From a virus (lineage: Duplodnaviria > Heunggongvirae > Uroviricota > Caudoviricetes), in IMG/VR virus record IMGVR_UViG_2778261527_000012: a stretch of 7,940 nt of DNA; one strand, given 5' to 3'. Numbering within the stretch: the stretch's first letter is position 1; each line of letters starts with the position of its first letter. The position numbers and the translations under genes are program-made. Below, piece by piece: positions 6,432 through 7,940 of this stretch. A model generated the notes under the pieces. That model saw nothing but the letters and a program-made list of their open reading frames with translations, was not told where the DNA came from and searched no databases.

Positions 6432-6511
6432 ACGATGTCCATGTCTGCAATCCGCCTCGCGATACAGCTTTGCGAAGCATAGCAAAATTGAAGCAGTTTA
6501 TACGTAAGAAA

Positions 6512-7054
6512 TCAAGCCATTTTCTCAGCAAATGATTCACGCATGGGAATATATAGGGCATACTCAGCAACAGCTAACCAATTAGCAATCCGTTTTTCGC
6601 ATGTGCTAAAACACCACTCTGGGTGTGCATCATTTAGCAATTCAGCCATTTTGCGCTTAGTCATCCCCCGCCCTTCATAGCGTTGCCGGAGAATGCAAAT
6701 CAATCCTGGATGCTCTGCCAGCACCTCACTTATGACTCGATCAATACATAACGCCTCTGCATCAGTACAATGCGCCAGCCAGCTCTTTTGCTTGCCGTTG
6801 ATCATCTCTCGCAAAAACGCTTCCAGCTCAGCTTTCTCTATTCCCGCTTTTTTCATTCTGCGCAGGGCTTCATTAATGGCTGTTTTCGTCAGTTTTTTGG
6901 ATGCCAACAACTGATTGAACATATTCCCTGACCTGCCACCGCCAATATACGACCAGCGCCCCCACATACGTAGTTTTCCCTGAATCCAGACACTTTCCAG
7001 CGTGGTGAGGCGAAGGTGTTCTCCGCTTTTTCCTGTATTCGTTGGGTAAATCAT
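6512..7054 (-). CDS. Late-gene antitermination protein Q-like, 180 aa
   Basis: It is the last gene of the nin-type operon and directly precedes the terminator and lysis region, which is the canonical Q position in lambdoid genomes. Size is right and it has a C-terminal Cys cluster (HCTDAEALC ... WCFSTCEKR) compatible with a Zn-binding element. Its start overlaps the upstream gene's stop (ATGA at 7054..7051). The call rests on position plus general resemblance, not a verified alignment; which Q family (21, 82 or lambda type) is undetermined. Confidence 0.65.
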   Translation of the reverse strand: MIYPTNTGKSGEHLRLTTLESVWIQGKLRMWGRWSYIGGGRSGNMFNQLLASKKLTKTAINEALRRMKKAGIEKAELEAFLREMINGKQKSWLAHCTDAEALCIDRVISEVLAEHPGLICILRQRYEGRGMTKRKMAELLNDAHPEWCFSTCEKRIANWLAVAEYALYIPMRESFAEKMA

Positions 7055-7341
7055 AAATGACCTTTCTTTCTCCAGATTTCTTGTGTGCGAAAAACCCCTT
7101 CAGCATGCATCAGGCGCAGTTCTTCTTTGGTGTAATCGCTGGTTTTTACCCGCCCGTCGATTAGATCGTGGCATGAGCTACAGGCTATCGCCGCCTGCAT
7201 ATCGTGTGGTTTTGTCGCTGTTCCGCACGTCCCCGCCAGCCTGTAATGCGCCAGCACAGAGGTTTCGGGATTGTGATTGCAGTAGCCAGGGATTCTGATC
7301 TGGCACATCTGGCCTTTAGCCGCTTTACGTAAATTCACCAT
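7051..7341 (-). CDS. DUF1364 family protein (YbcO-like, putative Zn-binding nuclease), 96 aa
   Basis: MVNLRKAAKGQMCQIRIPGYCNHNPETSVLAHYRLAGTCGTATKPHDMQAAIACSSCHDLIDGR... closely resembles E. coli DLP12 YbcO as I recall it (CQVRIPGVCNGNPETSVLAH ... IACSACHD), with conserved Cys/His positions. It is translationally coupled on both sides (TAATG with the upstream gene, ATGA with Q). Confidence 0.8.
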   Translation of the reverse strand: MVNLRKAAKGQMCQIRIPGYCNHNPETSVLAHYRLAGTCGTATKPHDMQAAIACSSCHDLIDGRVKTSDYTKEELRLMHAEGVFRTQEIWRKKGHL

Positions 7342-7940
7342 TACGCAAACTCCAGTAGTTGTGCGGCCACATTTTCAACTTCCTCCTGAGAGGAGAATTT
7401 ACGAAACAGAATCCAGTTCCACAGCACATTCAGTACAGATTTATAAACCTGCTGAAACTCGACTTCGTCCATATTCGCAAAAGCGATGGATTTTGCCCGA
7501 CGCCCACGGCTACCGTCCGGATAAATATGCTCGGTGTAAAATCCGGCCTGAATGGTTACCCACTCGCGGAAAGCCTCAAACGACTTTAGCAACGCCGTAT
7601 CCCGGGTTCTACGAGTCGCAACGGTGTTAAGGTATTGCTCTGCGGCATCACTCAGGGCTGGCGTGTGTTCCCGACCAACTGATTCGCACAGGTAATCAAC
7701 GAAACCAGACAGCAGTTCTCGTTCGCGAGGCGTGATCGCCCCACCGACCGGAGTCCAGTAATCGAATCCCAGTTGCAGGAGTTTGAAAAAACGCTTGTGG
7801 AATGCGTAGTTACGCACACGCTTAAAGTCTGCGTGTATCCACTCACCTATTTTGATTTGATGCAGAAAATCGCAACTCTCCGGCGTCGCCGGGAGAAGTA
7901 AACCAGAAGAAGTTTGTTTGACCAGTTGTATATGCGCCAT
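7341..7940 (-). CDS. Lambdoid nin-region protein, probably DUF1367 family (YdfU-like), at least 199 aa
   Basis: Long ORF with typical E. coli codon usage whose stop overlaps the start of the DUF1364 gene. The ATG is formed by the last three bases of the window, so the true start may lie beyond the window. Family assignment is from recollection of gene order in Qin/Rac-type prophages, not from a verified alignment. Confidence 0.55.
   Translation of the reverse strand: MAHIQLVKQTSSGLLLPATPESCDFLHQIKIGEWIHADFKRVRNYAFHKRFFKLLQLGFDYWTPVGGAITPRERELLSGFVDYLCESVGREHTPALSDAAEQYLNTVATRRTRDTALLKSFEAFREWVTIQAGFYTEHIYPDGSRGRRAKSIAFANMDEVEFQQVYKSVLNVLWNWILFRKFSSQEEVENVAAQLLEFA

Noticed and set aside
5470-6510. 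tRNA genes, expected because Stx-type lambdoid phages carry tRNAs downstream of Q
   Set aside because: I scanned both strands for T-loop-like GTTCGA / GTTCAA / TTCGAATC motifs with suitably spaced acceptor-stem complementarity and found none. A tRNA scan would confirm.
6693-7846. Track ORFs 6693..6914 (+), 6873..7106 (-), 7083..7298 (+), 7359..7589 (+), 7361..7630 (+), 7652..7846 (-)
   Set aside because: All overlap the three coupled nin/Q genes in other frames or antisense; none has features beyond length.
1-7940. CRISPR array or other tandem direct-repeat structure
   Set aside because: No regularly spaced direct repeats of 25-40 bp visible anywhere in the window.

Overview
This window looks like the late-region remnant of a defective lambdoid prophage (phage-21 / Rac-like) from an E. 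coli-type genome, with every supported gene on the minus strand. Reading in the direction of transcription (7940 to 1): a translationally coupled nin-region operon (DUF1367-like, DUF1364/YbcO-like, Q-like antiterminator); about 1 kb with no convincing gene but two intrinsic terminators; a self-contained cassette of two lipoproteins whose C-terminal domains resemble TolA domain III; an apparently intact phage-21-type lysis cassette (pinholin S, SAR endolysin R, Rz with embedded Rz1); an AT-rich TrkG/TrkH-family K+ transporter gene; a ParB-like nuclease-domain gene; and a 5'-truncated side-tail-fibre fragment that runs off the window. No terminase, head or tail gene lies between the ParB-like gene and the tail-fibre fragment, which points to a large internal deletion. 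The most interesting candidate is the TolA-domain-III lipoprotein pair sitting between Q and the lysis genes. All calls rest on reading the ORF track and sequence by eye and on recalled protein families; no database search or computation was run.
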